Counted from the stretch's first letter, positions 30,089-39,139 are shown. The stretch: 64,000 nt of DNA from Planctomycetota bacterium (GCA_045863855.1 BTVV01000003.1:32001-96000), one strand, 5' to 3'. Numbers and translations: made by a program. The notes: generated by a model from the sequence alone, not told the origin.

Positions 30089-30766
30089 TTCGTGTAAGTC
30101 ATTGATGTGTTATGGGTTGAATGAGACATGGGTCGGCGAAGGCAGGTGCTAATAATGCTTACGCCTTGGAAAGATGCCCAAACGCGAGGGGGAACGCATC
30201 TTTTAAATGCCAGTTCTACCGATTGACCGCGTTTGATGGTATATAGGTGAAGGGCATTCGGGGACGGTTAAGGGATCGCAACATGCAGAGCGAATTCAAC
30301 GACCGCAGCCTTGGCGGCGAGTCGTCGGAAGATCGTGGCAGCGGTTTCATGCCTCTCCAGCCTCCGATTTACATCAGTCTTTGGCGCATTCGAGCCAACG
30401 TCTTTCCACTCCTGACGGCCACGCTGGTTCGCTCTGTGGCGCCGCGCCTCTCTATTAAGACCAAGAAGGGCAAGGGGTTAAAGACTCCCCGGATGATGCT
30501 GCCCAACTTGCTTGGTTAGCCTACCCAGCAATCTCCCATTTAACGAGCCTGCCGCCGCCTGAATACTTCAGGTGGTGCATGCGTTATAACGTGCAGCAGG
30601 TGAAAAGTCCGAAGCGTCCTCCACTTCGGTAGCTTAAGATTTCAACCGCATGGCCTGGCATTTAAACCGATACGTCCGGCGCAACCAGGACGCCGCCGGA
30701 TGGGAAGAGCGCTCCGCCGTAGGACGCGAGCCGGCCGGCTCGCCGCGGGGAACGCGCGAGGGAGGT

Positions 30767-31342
30767 ATGGGGATGGTACGGAACGAAACGAGGACTTGGG
30801 CGGTGGCTGGGCTGTTGGCGTTGGCGCTGTGTGCGCTTCCGGGGTTGCGCGCGGAAGAAGGCATGGGCGGCGAAGGCGGACCCAAGCCGGAAGGCGAAGC
30901 CAAGCCCGAAGGCGATAAGCCCAAGGCCGAAGGGCAGGGCTTCAACCTGGCCACGGTCGAGACGATTCAGGCCAAGCTGGGCGACGACAAGCTGACCGAC
31001 GAACAGAAGACCAAGATCGAAGCGCTGCGCGAACAGCTCAAGGCGAAATGGGAAGAGCTGCGCGGAAAAGAAGAAGTGAAAGCGGCGATGGATAAGATGA
31101 AAGAAGCCGCCGAGAAGAAGGATCGCGATGGCTTGAAGGCCGCGCGCGAGGAGCTGCAGAAGGCCACGGGCGGTTTCCAATTGATCGGCGAATACCGCAA
31201 GGGGCTGGGCGAAATCCTGACGCAGGAGCAGGTCGATAAGGCGATTCCGGCCCGCGCGCCGCGCGAAGGCAAGCGTGACGGCAAACGCGAAGGCGAAAAG
31301 AGCGGGGAAGGCGCGCCGGCCGAAGGCGGAGAAACCAAGTAG
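30767..31342 (+). CDS. periplasmic LTxxQ-motif (Spy/CpxP-like) helical protein
   Basis: GGAGGT RBS, signal peptide, LTDEQ and LTQEQ motifs. Confidence 0.65.
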   Translation: MGMVRNETRTWAVAGLLALALCALPGLRAEEGMGGEGGPKPEGEAKPEGDKPKAEGQGFNLATVETIQAKLGDDKLTDEQKTKIEALREQLKAKWEELRGKEEVKAAMDKMKEAAEKKDRDGLKAAREELQKATGGFQLIGEYRKGLGEILTQEQVDKAIPARAPREGKRDGKREGEKSGEGAPAEGGETK

Positions 31343-31367
31343 GTCAAGGCTTGGACGGTTGAAGCCC

Positions 31368-31400
31368 AACGGCCTCCCGCAAGGGAGGCCGTTTCATTTT
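31368..31400. terminator. terminator between convergent genes
   Basis: AACGGCCTCCC-gcaa-GGGAGGCCGTT followed by a T-rich tail. Confidence 0.8.
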
Positions 31401-31419
31401 GAGCGTTCTCGGAAACGCT

Positions 31420-32076
31420 TTAGCGGTCGTTACCGAAGATCCCGAAGCCGCCGCCGTCGGGCGGCGGGGCGCTGGACGCGTCGGTGGCGGCGTGTCCCGA
31501 GCCGCTGGCGCCGGCGGATTTGGCTTTGGGCGGCGGTTCGGCCGGAGCGGGCGTTGGCGGGGGTGCGGGCTTCATGCGCAAGCGCGTCGGCGGGCGCGTC
31601 TTCTGTGCGGCGGGCGCCGCGGATTCGGCGACGTCCTCGGTGTCGTCGCCTTCCGGGCCGGCGTCGAATTCGTCGTACTGCGCGGGAACGTAGCCGGGCT
31701 GGCGGCTGCGTTCGAGTTCTTCGTTAAAGTTCTTGAGGATCGCGTCCTGGAGTTCGTTGCGGCAGCGGCTGTTGATGGGATGGGCGATGTCGGCGTGGAG
31801 CTTGGCCCGGCCGCGGCTGTCGGTTCGGGAGCGGTTCTCGCCCTGACGCTTGCCGCACTGGTTGCAGTACTGCGCTTGCAGATGGTTCTTGGTTCCGCAC
31901 TGCGGGCAGCGGTCGGTCATTTTGCGGCTGGGCATGGCGACGAAGAGCGCGTTGTTGCCTTGGATCACGCGGATATCGCGCACGACGAAGCTCTGGTCGA
32001 AGGTGACGCTGGCAAAGGCGAGCAGCTTGTCGGTTTGCCTAGAGACGAGCTTGATCTTGATTTCCGTGATGCGCAT
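31420..32076 (-). CDS. spoVG: SpoVG family nucleic-acid-binding protein with C4 zinc-ribbon insertion and disordered tail
   Basis: MRITEIKI, LLAFASVTFD, LFVAMPSRK, CPQC..CNQC, DIAHPIN. Confidence 0.92.
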   Translation of the reverse strand: MRITEIKIKLVSRQTDKLLAFASVTFDQSFVVRDIRVIQGNNALFVAMPSRKMTDRCPQCGTKNHLQAQYCNQCGKRQGENRSRTDSRGRAKLHADIAHPINSRCRNELQDAILKNFNEELERSRQPGYVPAQYDEFDAGPEGDDTEDVAESAAPAAQKTRPPTRLRMKPAPPPTPAPAEPPPKAKSAGASGSGHAATDASSAPPPDGGGFGIFGNDR

Positions 32077-32204
32077 AGAGCATCCTGTGGCCGCGTACCG
32101 GGCGGTCGAATTCAATAATGGGACTCGTCCGCGTCTCCTTAATACGGCAGGATCAAGCGACAGGGTCGAGCCCGTTCGATTTAGCCATCCACTTCACCAG
32201 CCGG

Positions 32205-33095
32205 TCATGGTCTACGTGTAGTAGCTTGAGTTCGAATGAGTCGCACCTTTGAAGGCAGGCTCGACTCCAGTTTTCGATGCACGGTTGCCGCATCCACTGT
32301 TGAACTGACTACAAAGTGAACGGCTCCACTGCCCGATAATTGCCAACGACCCGGCACCGTAGCATCCAACCACTGGTGAAGTTCCACCAATCGCGGCTCG
32401 GCATCCCGGGCCGCTTTCTGTAAACCGTTGTGAGGCCAGCCCGGCATAGGATCGTTATTGTACAGTTTAACAAGTTGCATCCTAATGTTGTCCGAAACTT
32501 CTGTCAAGACGCGGGCAGGCCTTTTGTCGCTCCATGCCGGCGCCTGTAGGACTTTATACACCAGCGGAGTGGGAATGCCAAAAGCCGGAATAACAAGAAA
32601 AAAGACGGGCGTTTTCGTTTCAGGCGTTTCAGGTAGGCGTTCGATAACTTCCCCCCGGCCCAAGCAGCGGCACCACCCGCCCCACAGGAAGAAAGCCACG
32701 TCGCTGCCCAAGGTTGCGGCCACTTCGGCGAGGCGTTCGCGCGGCCAATGCAGTCCCCAAAGCTCATTCAGGGCTTCCAGGGTGCAGGCGGCATCGCTGG
32801 AGCCGCCGCCCAACCCGCCGCCCGCCGGAACGTGCTTTTCCAGGTGTATCGCCGCTCGCGCCGGAACCCCGGCGGCTTCGGCCAAACGCTTGGCCGCACG
32901 GACAACCAAATTCGTATCGTCGGCGGGCAGGCTGGGGTCAGTGCATGTGAAGTGGAGCGTCGCGGCGGGCTCGAAGCGAAGCCGGTCGGCCAACGCGATG
33001 CTGACCATGACCGTATCCAGCTCGTGGAAACCGTCGGGGCGCTTACCGAGGATGTGGAGGTCCCAGTTGAGTTTGGCGTGTGCGAGTCGTTCCAT
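32205..33095 (-). CDS. ispE: 4-diphosphocytidyl-2-C-methyl-D-erythritol kinase
   Basis: AKLNWDL..DGFHEL, PAGGGLGGGSSDAA, LGSDVAFF, LSGSG. Confidence 0.95.
   Translation of the reverse strand: MERLAHAKLNWDLHILGKRPDGFHELDTVMVSIALADRLRFEPAATLHFTCTDPSLPADDTNLVVRAAKRLAEAAGVPARAAIHLEKHVPAGGGLGGGSSDAACTLEALNELWGLHWPRERLAEVAATLGSDVAFFLWGGWCRCLGRGEVIERLPETPETKTPVFFLVIPAFGIPTPLVYKVLQAPAWSDKRPARVLTEVSDNIRMQLVKLYNNDPMPGWPHNGLQKAARDAEPRLVELHQWLDATVPGRWQLSGSGAVHFVVSSTVDAATVHRKLESSLPSKVRLIRTQATTRRP
32479..32507 (-). promoter_or_regulatory. sigma70 promoter internal to ispE, oriented towards spoVG
   Basis: Minus strand TTGACA-17 nt-TAGGAT. Confidence 0.7.
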
Positions 33096-33293
33096 AAGGG
33101 TCGTTCTAACGGGAGAGCTTGCTTAGCTGCAAGTACCGGCTGGGTCGGTAAGCACGGTGCATGAGAGAGGCGCTTTCCGTTCCTTACAGGTCTGATGCAA
33201 ACAAACCATCCAAGAGACGCCTAACTTTCTCTTGATTACAAATTCGAGTCGCCGGAACGGTTTATGCAGTCTTAAGCGAGGAGCAATTATCCC

Positions 33294-34811
33294 ATGTTGA
33301 TGAACAGAGCACTAGGGTTCGGGCTGCTGGTCTGGTGCGCCCAAGCAGCGGCGCTGGAGATCGCCGTGGACGGCAGCAAGCCCCGGCAAGTGATGCACGG
33401 TTTCGGCACGTGCATGAAAAACTGGGGCGATCCGGCGAAGGATCCGGTGAGCAAGTGGACTATGGATCCGAAGGCCCTCGCGCTTTACCTCGAAGACATG
33501 GGATTCAACATGGCTCGGATTCCGATCAATCGCTGGGTGATCGAGGGCGAGAATCCGTACGGCGGTCCGGTGCGGGTGACTGAGGAGATCAAGAAGGATC
33601 CGACGAAGCTGACGTACGAAGCGTTCGGCTGGGAAGGGCAGGGCGGGCGGGTGAAGGAGATCGATCGCGCCGCCGTTTGGGCGCAGGCGTTGAAAAAGCT
33701 GAATCCGGAGCTCAAGGTCTTCGGCTCGGTCTGGAGTCCGCCGCATTGGATGAAGAAGGCGGACGCGAAGCGCAAACTGGAATGGAGCAAGTTCGGGGCG
33801 AGTTCGTGCGGCGGCTATTTGGATCCCCAATACTACACGCATTACGCGCACTACCTGGCCGCATGGAGCGTTGCCATGGAGAAGAAGTTCGAGACGCCGC
33901 TGTACGCGGTGAGCATCCAGAACGAGCTTCACTTTTTCGAGCCTTACGACTCGTGCATTTACGTACCCCATGAGTTCGCGGCGGTGGTGAAGGAGGTGGG
34001 CCGTGTCTTCAAGGCGCAGGGTATCGCCACGCAGGCGATGGGTCCGGAGGATATGACCAAATTTCCCGATCGGTTGATGTCCTTCGTGCGTCCGGTGCTG
34101 CAGGATCCGGAAGCGAACGCGGCGCTGCCGATCATCTGCAGCCACGGGTATTCGGACGGGATCGATTCGAACTTGCAGAAGGAGGATGCGTTCAAGCTTT
34201 GGGAGATGATTAAGGATACGGGGAAAGAGTATTGGATGACCGAAACGGGCGGCGGCATCGGGTCCTGGAAGGATGGAGAAGTCATCGCCGATTCGGGGAA
34301 GAACAAGGGCCAGAAGACGAAAATCGCCGGCGCCTTTAACGGTCTGGCGACGATGCTGCATAACGCGATCGTGTACGGGCACGCCAGCGTCTGGACGACG
34401 TGGCAGTTCCTCTCCGCAGGCGACGATTGCCGGCACGGCTTGGTGCTGTGCACGATGGACGAGCTGGCGCCCACGAAAAAGTATTACATCCAGAAGCAGT
34501 ACGCGAAGTTCATACCGGCCGGCGCCCGGCGCGTGGAAGCCGGTCCGGACGGAAAGGAACAGGTGTTGGTGAGCGCTTACGTGCATGAGGGGCGCAAGAC
34601 GCTGACGGTGGTGCTGCAGAACCACGGCGCGGCGGAGCAGACCGTGGCGCTGGCGTTGAAGGACGTGCCGGCGGTGGCCAAGTTGGCCGTGTATGTGACG
34701 AGCGAGCAGAAGAACTGCGAGGCGGGAGCGGAGGTGACGGTGAGCGGCGGGAAGGCGAGCGTGACGGTTCCGGCGCAGAGCGTGGTGACGCTGACGGGGA
34801 AGGCGGAGTAG
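33294..34811 (+). CDS. secreted GH30-family glycoside hydrolase
   Basis: Signal peptide, QVMHGFG, WSPPHWMK, SIQNE (acid/base), WMTE (nucleophile), C-terminal beta domain. Confidence 0.85.
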   Translation: MLMNRALGFGLLVWCAQAAALEIAVDGSKPRQVMHGFGTCMKNWGDPAKDPVSKWTMDPKALALYLEDMGFNMARIPINRWVIEGENPYGGPVRVTEEIKKDPTKLTYEAFGWEGQGGRVKEIDRAAVWAQALKKLNPELKVFGSVWSPPHWMKKADAKRKLEWSKFGASSCGGYLDPQYYTHYAHYLAAWSVAMEKKFETPLYAVSIQNELHFFEPYDSCIYVPHEFAAVVKEVGRVFKAQGIATQAMGPEDMTKFPDRLMSFVRPVLQDPEANAALPIICSHGYSDGIDSNLQKEDAFKLWEMIKDTGKEYWMTETGGGIGSWKDGEVIADSGKNKGQKTKIAGAFNGLATMLHNAIVYGHASVWTTWQFLSAGDDCRHGLVLCTMDELAPTKKYYIQKQYAKFIPAGARRVEAGPDGKEQVLVSAYVHEGRKTLTVVLQNHGAAEQTVALALKDVPAVAKLAVYVTSEQKNCEAGAEVTVSGGKASVTVPAQSVVTLTGKAE

Positions 34812-34817
34812 GTAAGC

Positions 34818-34846
34818 AGGCACGCAGGCTATGAGCCTGCGTGCCT
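34818..34846. terminator. hairpin between convergent GH30 and rtcB genes
   Basis: AGGCACGCAGGCT-atg-AGCCTGCGTGCCT, a 13-bp stem with no clear U-tract. Confidence 0.5.
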
Positions 34847-34857
34847 TCGTATTCGAT

Positions 34858-36027
34858 TCAACCTTTCAAGGCCATGAGCGGTTCCAGTCTTAGCCACGGC
34901 TTGGCCAGTTCCGCTTGTTGATTCAAGACGGCCTTGATGTCCTTGTAAGCCTGTGGCGCTTCTTCGAGCAGGGCGCTTTCCATGCCGGGCATTTTCGAAT
35001 AGACGACGTGGGCCATTTGGCGCCGTACGTCCCGCGGCCTGATTCTCCTATGAGCCTCGGCCCGCGAAAGCGCGCGCCCCGCTCCGTGGGCGCAAGAAGC
35101 GTACGCTGCGGTGAAACCCAAGCCTTCAACGATATAGCTGGCCGTGCCCATGGAGCCCGGGACGATCCCGCGGCGCCCGGATTCGGCCGGCATCGCGCCT
35201 TTGCGGTGAACGAATAGGCTCTTTCCTCCATGGCTTTCCAGGGTGATGAGATTATGCGCCACGTCGAAGACTTCGCCCGTTTCCAACGGTTGTTGAGTGA
35301 GTTCCGAGAGGGCTTCGACAACGCGCTCCTGCATGCGTAGGCGATTTTGCCGAGCGAACTCCAGGGCCCATGCCAGATCCGAGAAAAACGCGCGTGCATC
35401 GGCGCCGCCGGCTTCGAAATACGGCAACGGTTCGCGCCAAGCGGCGCACGTGTTTCGCGCACGAGCCGCTTGGCCGTGGTGAGCCGCGATCGCGGCGCCC
35501 AGCCCGCGCGAGCCGGAATGAACCGTGGACCAGAGGCGGCCTTGGGTATCGCGTTGGAGTTCGACGAAGTGGTTGCCTTCTCCGAGCGTGCCCAAGTGGC
35601 GACCCCCGAGCCAAGCGGCGAGGTGCCTAAGACTGGGAGTGCTGAGGTCGCCGGGCCGCAAATTGCCGGGAAGTTCTTGCGGCCGCTTGTGAGCTCGCCG
35701 TCCGACGGGGATGCGCGAGCCGATCCGTGCGAGCAGCGCCTCGAGGTGTTCTCGATGCAGCGAGGCCGCATCGAATTCGAAGCGTCGCGTATTCATGCCG
35801 CAGCCCAAGTCTTGTCCGATGGCGCTGGGCAGCACGCAAGATTCGGTCGCGAGAACCGTGCCCACGCAGACGTCGCCGGCGAAATGGATGTCCGGCATGA
35901 CGGCGATGGGACCGGCGAGCCGGTCCCATCGCGCCAAGCGCTTCAGGAGTTGCATGCTCTTCTGGTCCACCCGCTCGGCCCAGCAATAAATGGGCACGGC
36001 CTGCGTCTCTTCCATGATGGTATTCAT
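34858..36027 (-). CDS. rtcB: RtcB family RNA ligase
   Basis: MPDIH, DLGCG, GTLGEGNHF, HSGSRG, HRKGA, PGSMG, HGAGR, EAPQAYK; ATGA overlap with the upstream gene. Confidence 0.95.
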   Translation of the reverse strand: MNTIMEETQAVPIYCWAERVDQKSMQLLKRLARWDRLAGPIAVMPDIHFAGDVCVGTVLATESCVLPSAIGQDLGCGMNTRRFEFDAASLHREHLEALLARIGSRIPVGRRAHKRPQELPGNLRPGDLSTPSLRHLAAWLGGRHLGTLGEGNHFVELQRDTQGRLWSTVHSGSRGLGAAIAAHHGQAARARNTCAAWREPLPYFEAGGADARAFFSDLAWALEFARQNRLRMQERVVEALSELTQQPLETGEVFDVAHNLITLESHGGKSLFVHRKGAMPAESGRRGIVPGSMGTASYIVEGLGFTAAYASCAHGAGRALSRAEAHRRIRPRDVRRQMAHVVYSKMPGMESALLEEAPQAYKDIKAVLNQQAELAKPWLRLEPLMALKG

Positions 36028-36374
36028 GCGTCGCCTCCGATCCGGGCATCCGGATGCCAAGGAAGGTAATTGAGGCGCAGCACGGGCATCCGTTTCATGC
36101 GCAAGGACTCCGCCAACTCCATGCGCAGTCTGCGTTCGACGCGGGATAAAGCGTATTCGATCCGGTGGGACTCCTGGGACGGCGCGGACGATTGAGGTCC
36201 CAGCCAGACGTGAATGCACGCCAGGCTTCTGACTTCCACATTCACGAGGCGCAAATCCTGCAAAACCGGATCTTCCAGTGCGGGCAACAGGCCGGTAACG
36301 AACAACTCGGCGACGGCGTGCGCGATGCGGTCGTTGCGGTAGCCGCGCCTCGGCGAATCGTGAGGCGATGACAT
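36024..36374 (-). CDS. RbfA-like (ribosome-binding factor A paralog)
   Basis: RNDRIAHAV..LEDPVLQDLRLVNVEV..LRMELAESLRMKRMPVLRL matches the RbfA pattern; AAGGAG RBS. Confidence 0.75.
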   Translation of the reverse strand: MSSPHDSPRRGYRNDRIAHAVAELFVTGLLPALEDPVLQDLRLVNVEVRSLACIHVWLGPQSSAPSQESHRIEYALSRVERRLRMELAESLRMKRMPVLRLNYLPWHPDARIGGDA

Positions 36375-36477
36375 GACACGACGCTCCTTGCGGCTTCAAG
36401 CCGCGGAATGGGATGACCCCACGCCGCTAAGCGTTCAGCCGGAAAGAGCCTTAAGCACGATGCTTACGGCGAGTCGA

Positions 36478-36525
36478 CTAGCCGCGGACGTGGAGGAACG
36501 GGGAAGGAGCGGATGAGGCACGCAA
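36478..36525 (-). CDS. putative 15-aa leader peptide MRASSAPSPFLHVRG
   Basis: AAAGGAGG (36533-36540) lies 7 nt before TTG; stop TAG at 36478-36480. Confidence 0.55.
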   Translation of the reverse strand: MRASSAPSPFLHVRG

Positions 36526-36668
36526 GGAAGTTCCTCCTTTGATCGTCCGAAAGCCCATGGAAATATCCAACGAGACAAAACGTACCCCATCAAAGCACGC
36601 GGCGCAAGTTTTGGGTACGCTCCGGTTCCTCACCCAGGTAAAGGACCCCTTCAAGCGGAGCCGGCGTC

Positions 36669-37754
36669 TCAGATGACTTCCAGCCCGTCGCGGTCGGGGA
36701 GTTTCGGGAAGGGCGCGTGCGGTTCGGTCTGGTACCAGAAGGCCGTCGAGGCAATGTCGTCTTGCAGGGGCAGGTAGCGCCCGCCGCTGCGCCAGCCCAA
36801 TGCCTGAATCGTGACGCGCAGGTCTTTCTCGAAGCGAATCGGGTCCATGATGTGGAAGCGGTACAACCCGAAGCGCTGATTGCAGCGGTACATGTCGCCG
36901 GGCTTGAGAACCTGGCAGAGACCCGCGTAAGGCGTGGAGAATTCGCAGTATTCGCGTTTGCCTTCTCCGCGCGGCCATTCGAAGTTGTACGAGCCCAGGA
37001 AATAGTCTTCGGTGCCGGTGCCGCAGATCGTCGGCCACTCGTCGCCGTCCATGAAGAATTTGATCTCGCCTTCGCCCCACCAATTGTTGTTGTTCACCTG
37101 CCAGGCCAAGTAGGTTCCGACGTACTGGCCCCAGCCTTCGACGCCTTCGAGGAGGGTATGGTCGGTCTTATAGGGCAGGGGGTTGCTGCGTCGCCACTGC
37201 GCGTGGAGGTAAGCGGCGTCTTCGGGCACGTCGGTGAGCGTGTAGTTGACCTGGTAATAGAGGGTCTGTTCTTCGTCGTGGAGGCTTTCGACGGTGATTT
37301 TAGCGGACTTTTTGAAGGGCATTTCCCAGAAGCAGTTGAAGGCGCTGCCGGGGTTGACGTTGACGGGCAGGGCGTTGACCTGCGCGTATTTGCCCCAGCC
37401 CATGCAGAAGAAGTCGCCCATCGGGCATTCGATCGAGGGCGTCTTTTCGCCGTCCCAGTAGAAGCGCAGGATCCAGTAGCGCCAGTTGCCCGAGGGCGTC
37501 ATCCAGATCTGCTGGATCGCACCGGGGCCTTTGATCTCGGCCACGGTGAAGGTCTTGCCGGGTCCGATGCGGACGCTGGGCGAGACCTTCCAGGAGCGGC
37601 CCAGGTCGCGGGCGCATTTTTCGCCCGTGCCTTTGGTGGCCATGCCGCCTTTGCCCTTCTGGCCTTTGAAGTTTTCGGCGCTGATGCTGCGCGATTGCGC
37701 GCGGCTGAGGCGCGAGAGGTTACCTAGATGCATGCCGAGTCCGTTGAAGGCCAT
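36669..37754 (-). CDS. DUF2961 / GH172 family glycoside hydrolase
   Basis: SRSISAENFKG, GPGAIQQIW, WWGEGEIKF, GTGTEDYF, YRFHIMDPIRF. Confidence 0.9.
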   Translation of the reverse strand: MAFNGLGMHLGNLSRLSRAQSRSISAENFKGQKGKGGMATKGTGEKCARDLGRSWKVSPSVRIGPGKTFTVAEIKGPGAIQQIWMTPSGNWRYWILRFYWDGEKTPSIECPMGDFFCMGWGKYAQVNALPVNVNPGSAFNCFWEMPFKKSAKITVESLHDEEQTLYYQVNYTLTDVPEDAAYLHAQWRRSNPLPYKTDHTLLEGVEGWGQYVGTYLAWQVNNNNWWGEGEIKFFMDGDEWPTICGTGTEDYFLGSYNFEWPRGEGKREYCEFSTPYAGLCQVLKPGDMYRCNQRFGLYRFHIMDPIRFEKDLRVTIQALGWRSGGRYLPLQDDIASTAFWYQTEPHAPFPKLPDRDGLEVI

Positions 37755-37870
37755 GGTGGAAAGCGCTCCGATCAGGTGTACTGGTTCCTCGTAATATACC
37801 CATGCACACTCGATTGCGCAAGTTAAATCGGACTATCGAAGGCGAAAGGGCGCAGGTCTGGCGAGGTCTA

Positions 37871-39139
37871 TCAGTCGGAGCTGCTGACGGCGTTCGTGTC
37901 GCGCCACCAGGTGAAGCCTTCTTTCTTGCCGTTGCGGTAGCGCTGCCCCCAGCGAGCGGTGAAGCCCCGGCAATCGACGTGCACGTGGCTGCCTACGGAG
38001 TGTTCGCCCGGCCAGTGGTAGAGGCCGATGCCGCCGGCCACGACGCGCCCTTCGCGTTCGAGGTCTTCGGCGGCCTGTGCGATGATGAGGCCGTCGAGTT
38101 CGTCGCCGCGGCCGTCGCCGTTGAGGTCGTCGATCTTCAGGTCGCCGTCTTCGTCGATGCACAGATCCACGGCGTCGCCGTAACAATGCCGGCTGAAGGC
38201 GGCTCCGCCGATCTGCTTGTTGAACGCGGGCGTTCGGAAGCCGCTGGTGATGTAAAAGCGCGTGACGGTGTGGCCCTGTTCGCGGAGGCGTTGGCGCAGC
38301 GCCGTGAGCTTGTGAACCAGCGCGGGGATGACGGGCGTCCGGTCCGTGTGGCGGCGGTTGGTCTGGATCTTGCGGCCGTCGGGCGCGCGTTCGTCGAGGA
38401 ACGCGACCAACTGGCCGAGCTGCAAGCCTTCGTCGAGCGGGAGGGTCTCGGTCTGCTCGTTGATGATCGCGAAAAGGGTGGGCGGACGGTAGAGCGCGGC
38501 GTACTTGCGCACGTCCTCGCTGGGGCTCTTGAGCGGATCGAGGTACGGCCCGATGGGTTCGCCACAAACGGTGAGCGTGGTGTTCCCGGCGTTTTCGCGG
38601 ACGGCGGCGGGTTCGAGCACGAGCAGTTCGAGGGCGCCTTGGCGAGCGGTGGCGGGATCGTTCCAGACGAGGCGGTAGCGACCGGCTTGCGCGGGGGCGC
38701 GCCCGAAATGCGCGCCGCCGCCCGCGGCCGCGGGTCCGAATTCGCCTCCCGCGTGGTCCCAGGCGTCGGAGTTTTCGAGCGTCAGGCGGCCGGTCCACGC
38801 GACGGGATTGGGATCGAGCGTGAAGGCTTGCCCGGCGGTGAGCAGAATGAGGCCGGTTTCGCCGATGCTTTGCGCCAGCGCTTCGGTTCCGCCCTCGGGC
38901 AGCGTGATCGTCCAACCTTGGAGTGCGTGCGGCGTTTCGAAGCGGCGCACAGGCGCGGAGAGCGGTTCGGCGCGCAGCCAGCAGATCGTCAAGGTGCTCA
39001 AGGCGAGCGCCAGCCCCAGCACCACCCAGGCGCCGGGATGTGCCTGGAACCACGCTCCGAGCGAAGTGGCCGGACCGTATTCGAAGCGCCGCCAGCCGTG
39101 GCGCAACGGCTTCAAGGCTTTCAGAATCAGCGTGCCCAT
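37871..39139 (-). CDS. membrane-anchored peptidase M15 (Zn D-Ala-D-Ala peptidase fold) protein
   Basis: TM; ITSGFRTPAFN, SRHCYGDAVD, HVHVDCRG. Start may be 39175. Confidence 0.85.
   Translation of the reverse strand: MGTLILKALKPLRHGWRRFEYGPATSLGAWFQAHPGAWVVLGLALALSTLTICWLRAEPLSAPVRRFETPHALQGWTITLPEGGTEALAQSIGETGLILLTAGQAFTLDPNPVAWTGRLTLENSDAWDHAGGEFGPAAAGGGAHFGRAPAQAGRYRLVWNDPATARQGALELLVLEPAAVRENAGNTTLTVCGEPIGPYLDPLKSPSEDVRKYAALYRPPTLFAIINEQTETLPLDEGLQLGQLVAFLDERAPDGRKIQTNRRHTDRTPVIPALVHKLTALRQRLREQGHTVTRFYITSGFRTPAFNKQIGGAAFSRHCYGDAVDLCIDEDGDLKIDDLNGDGRGDELDGLIIAQAAEDLEREGRVVAGGIGLYHWPGEHSVGSHVHVDCRGFTARWGQRYRNGKKEGFTWWRDTNAVSSSD

Noticed and set aside
30247..30519. 90-aa ORF in the mobA downstream gap
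   Set aside because: No recognisable motif, atypical codon usage and weak start, so it cannot be supported.
32077..32204. tRNA between ispE and spoVG, as found in some bacteria
   Set aside because: No cloverleaf, T-loop or CCA pattern visible on either strand.
36028..36399. 124-aa N-terminal extension of RtcB given in the ORF track
   Set aside because: It overlaps the RbfA-like gene in another frame. The ATG at 36027 has a GGAGG RBS and a stop/start overlap.
33294..37754. GH30 and GH172 genes as one polysaccharide-utilisation locus
   Set aside because: They are on opposite strands, separated by the rtcB operon, with no linked transporter or regulator.
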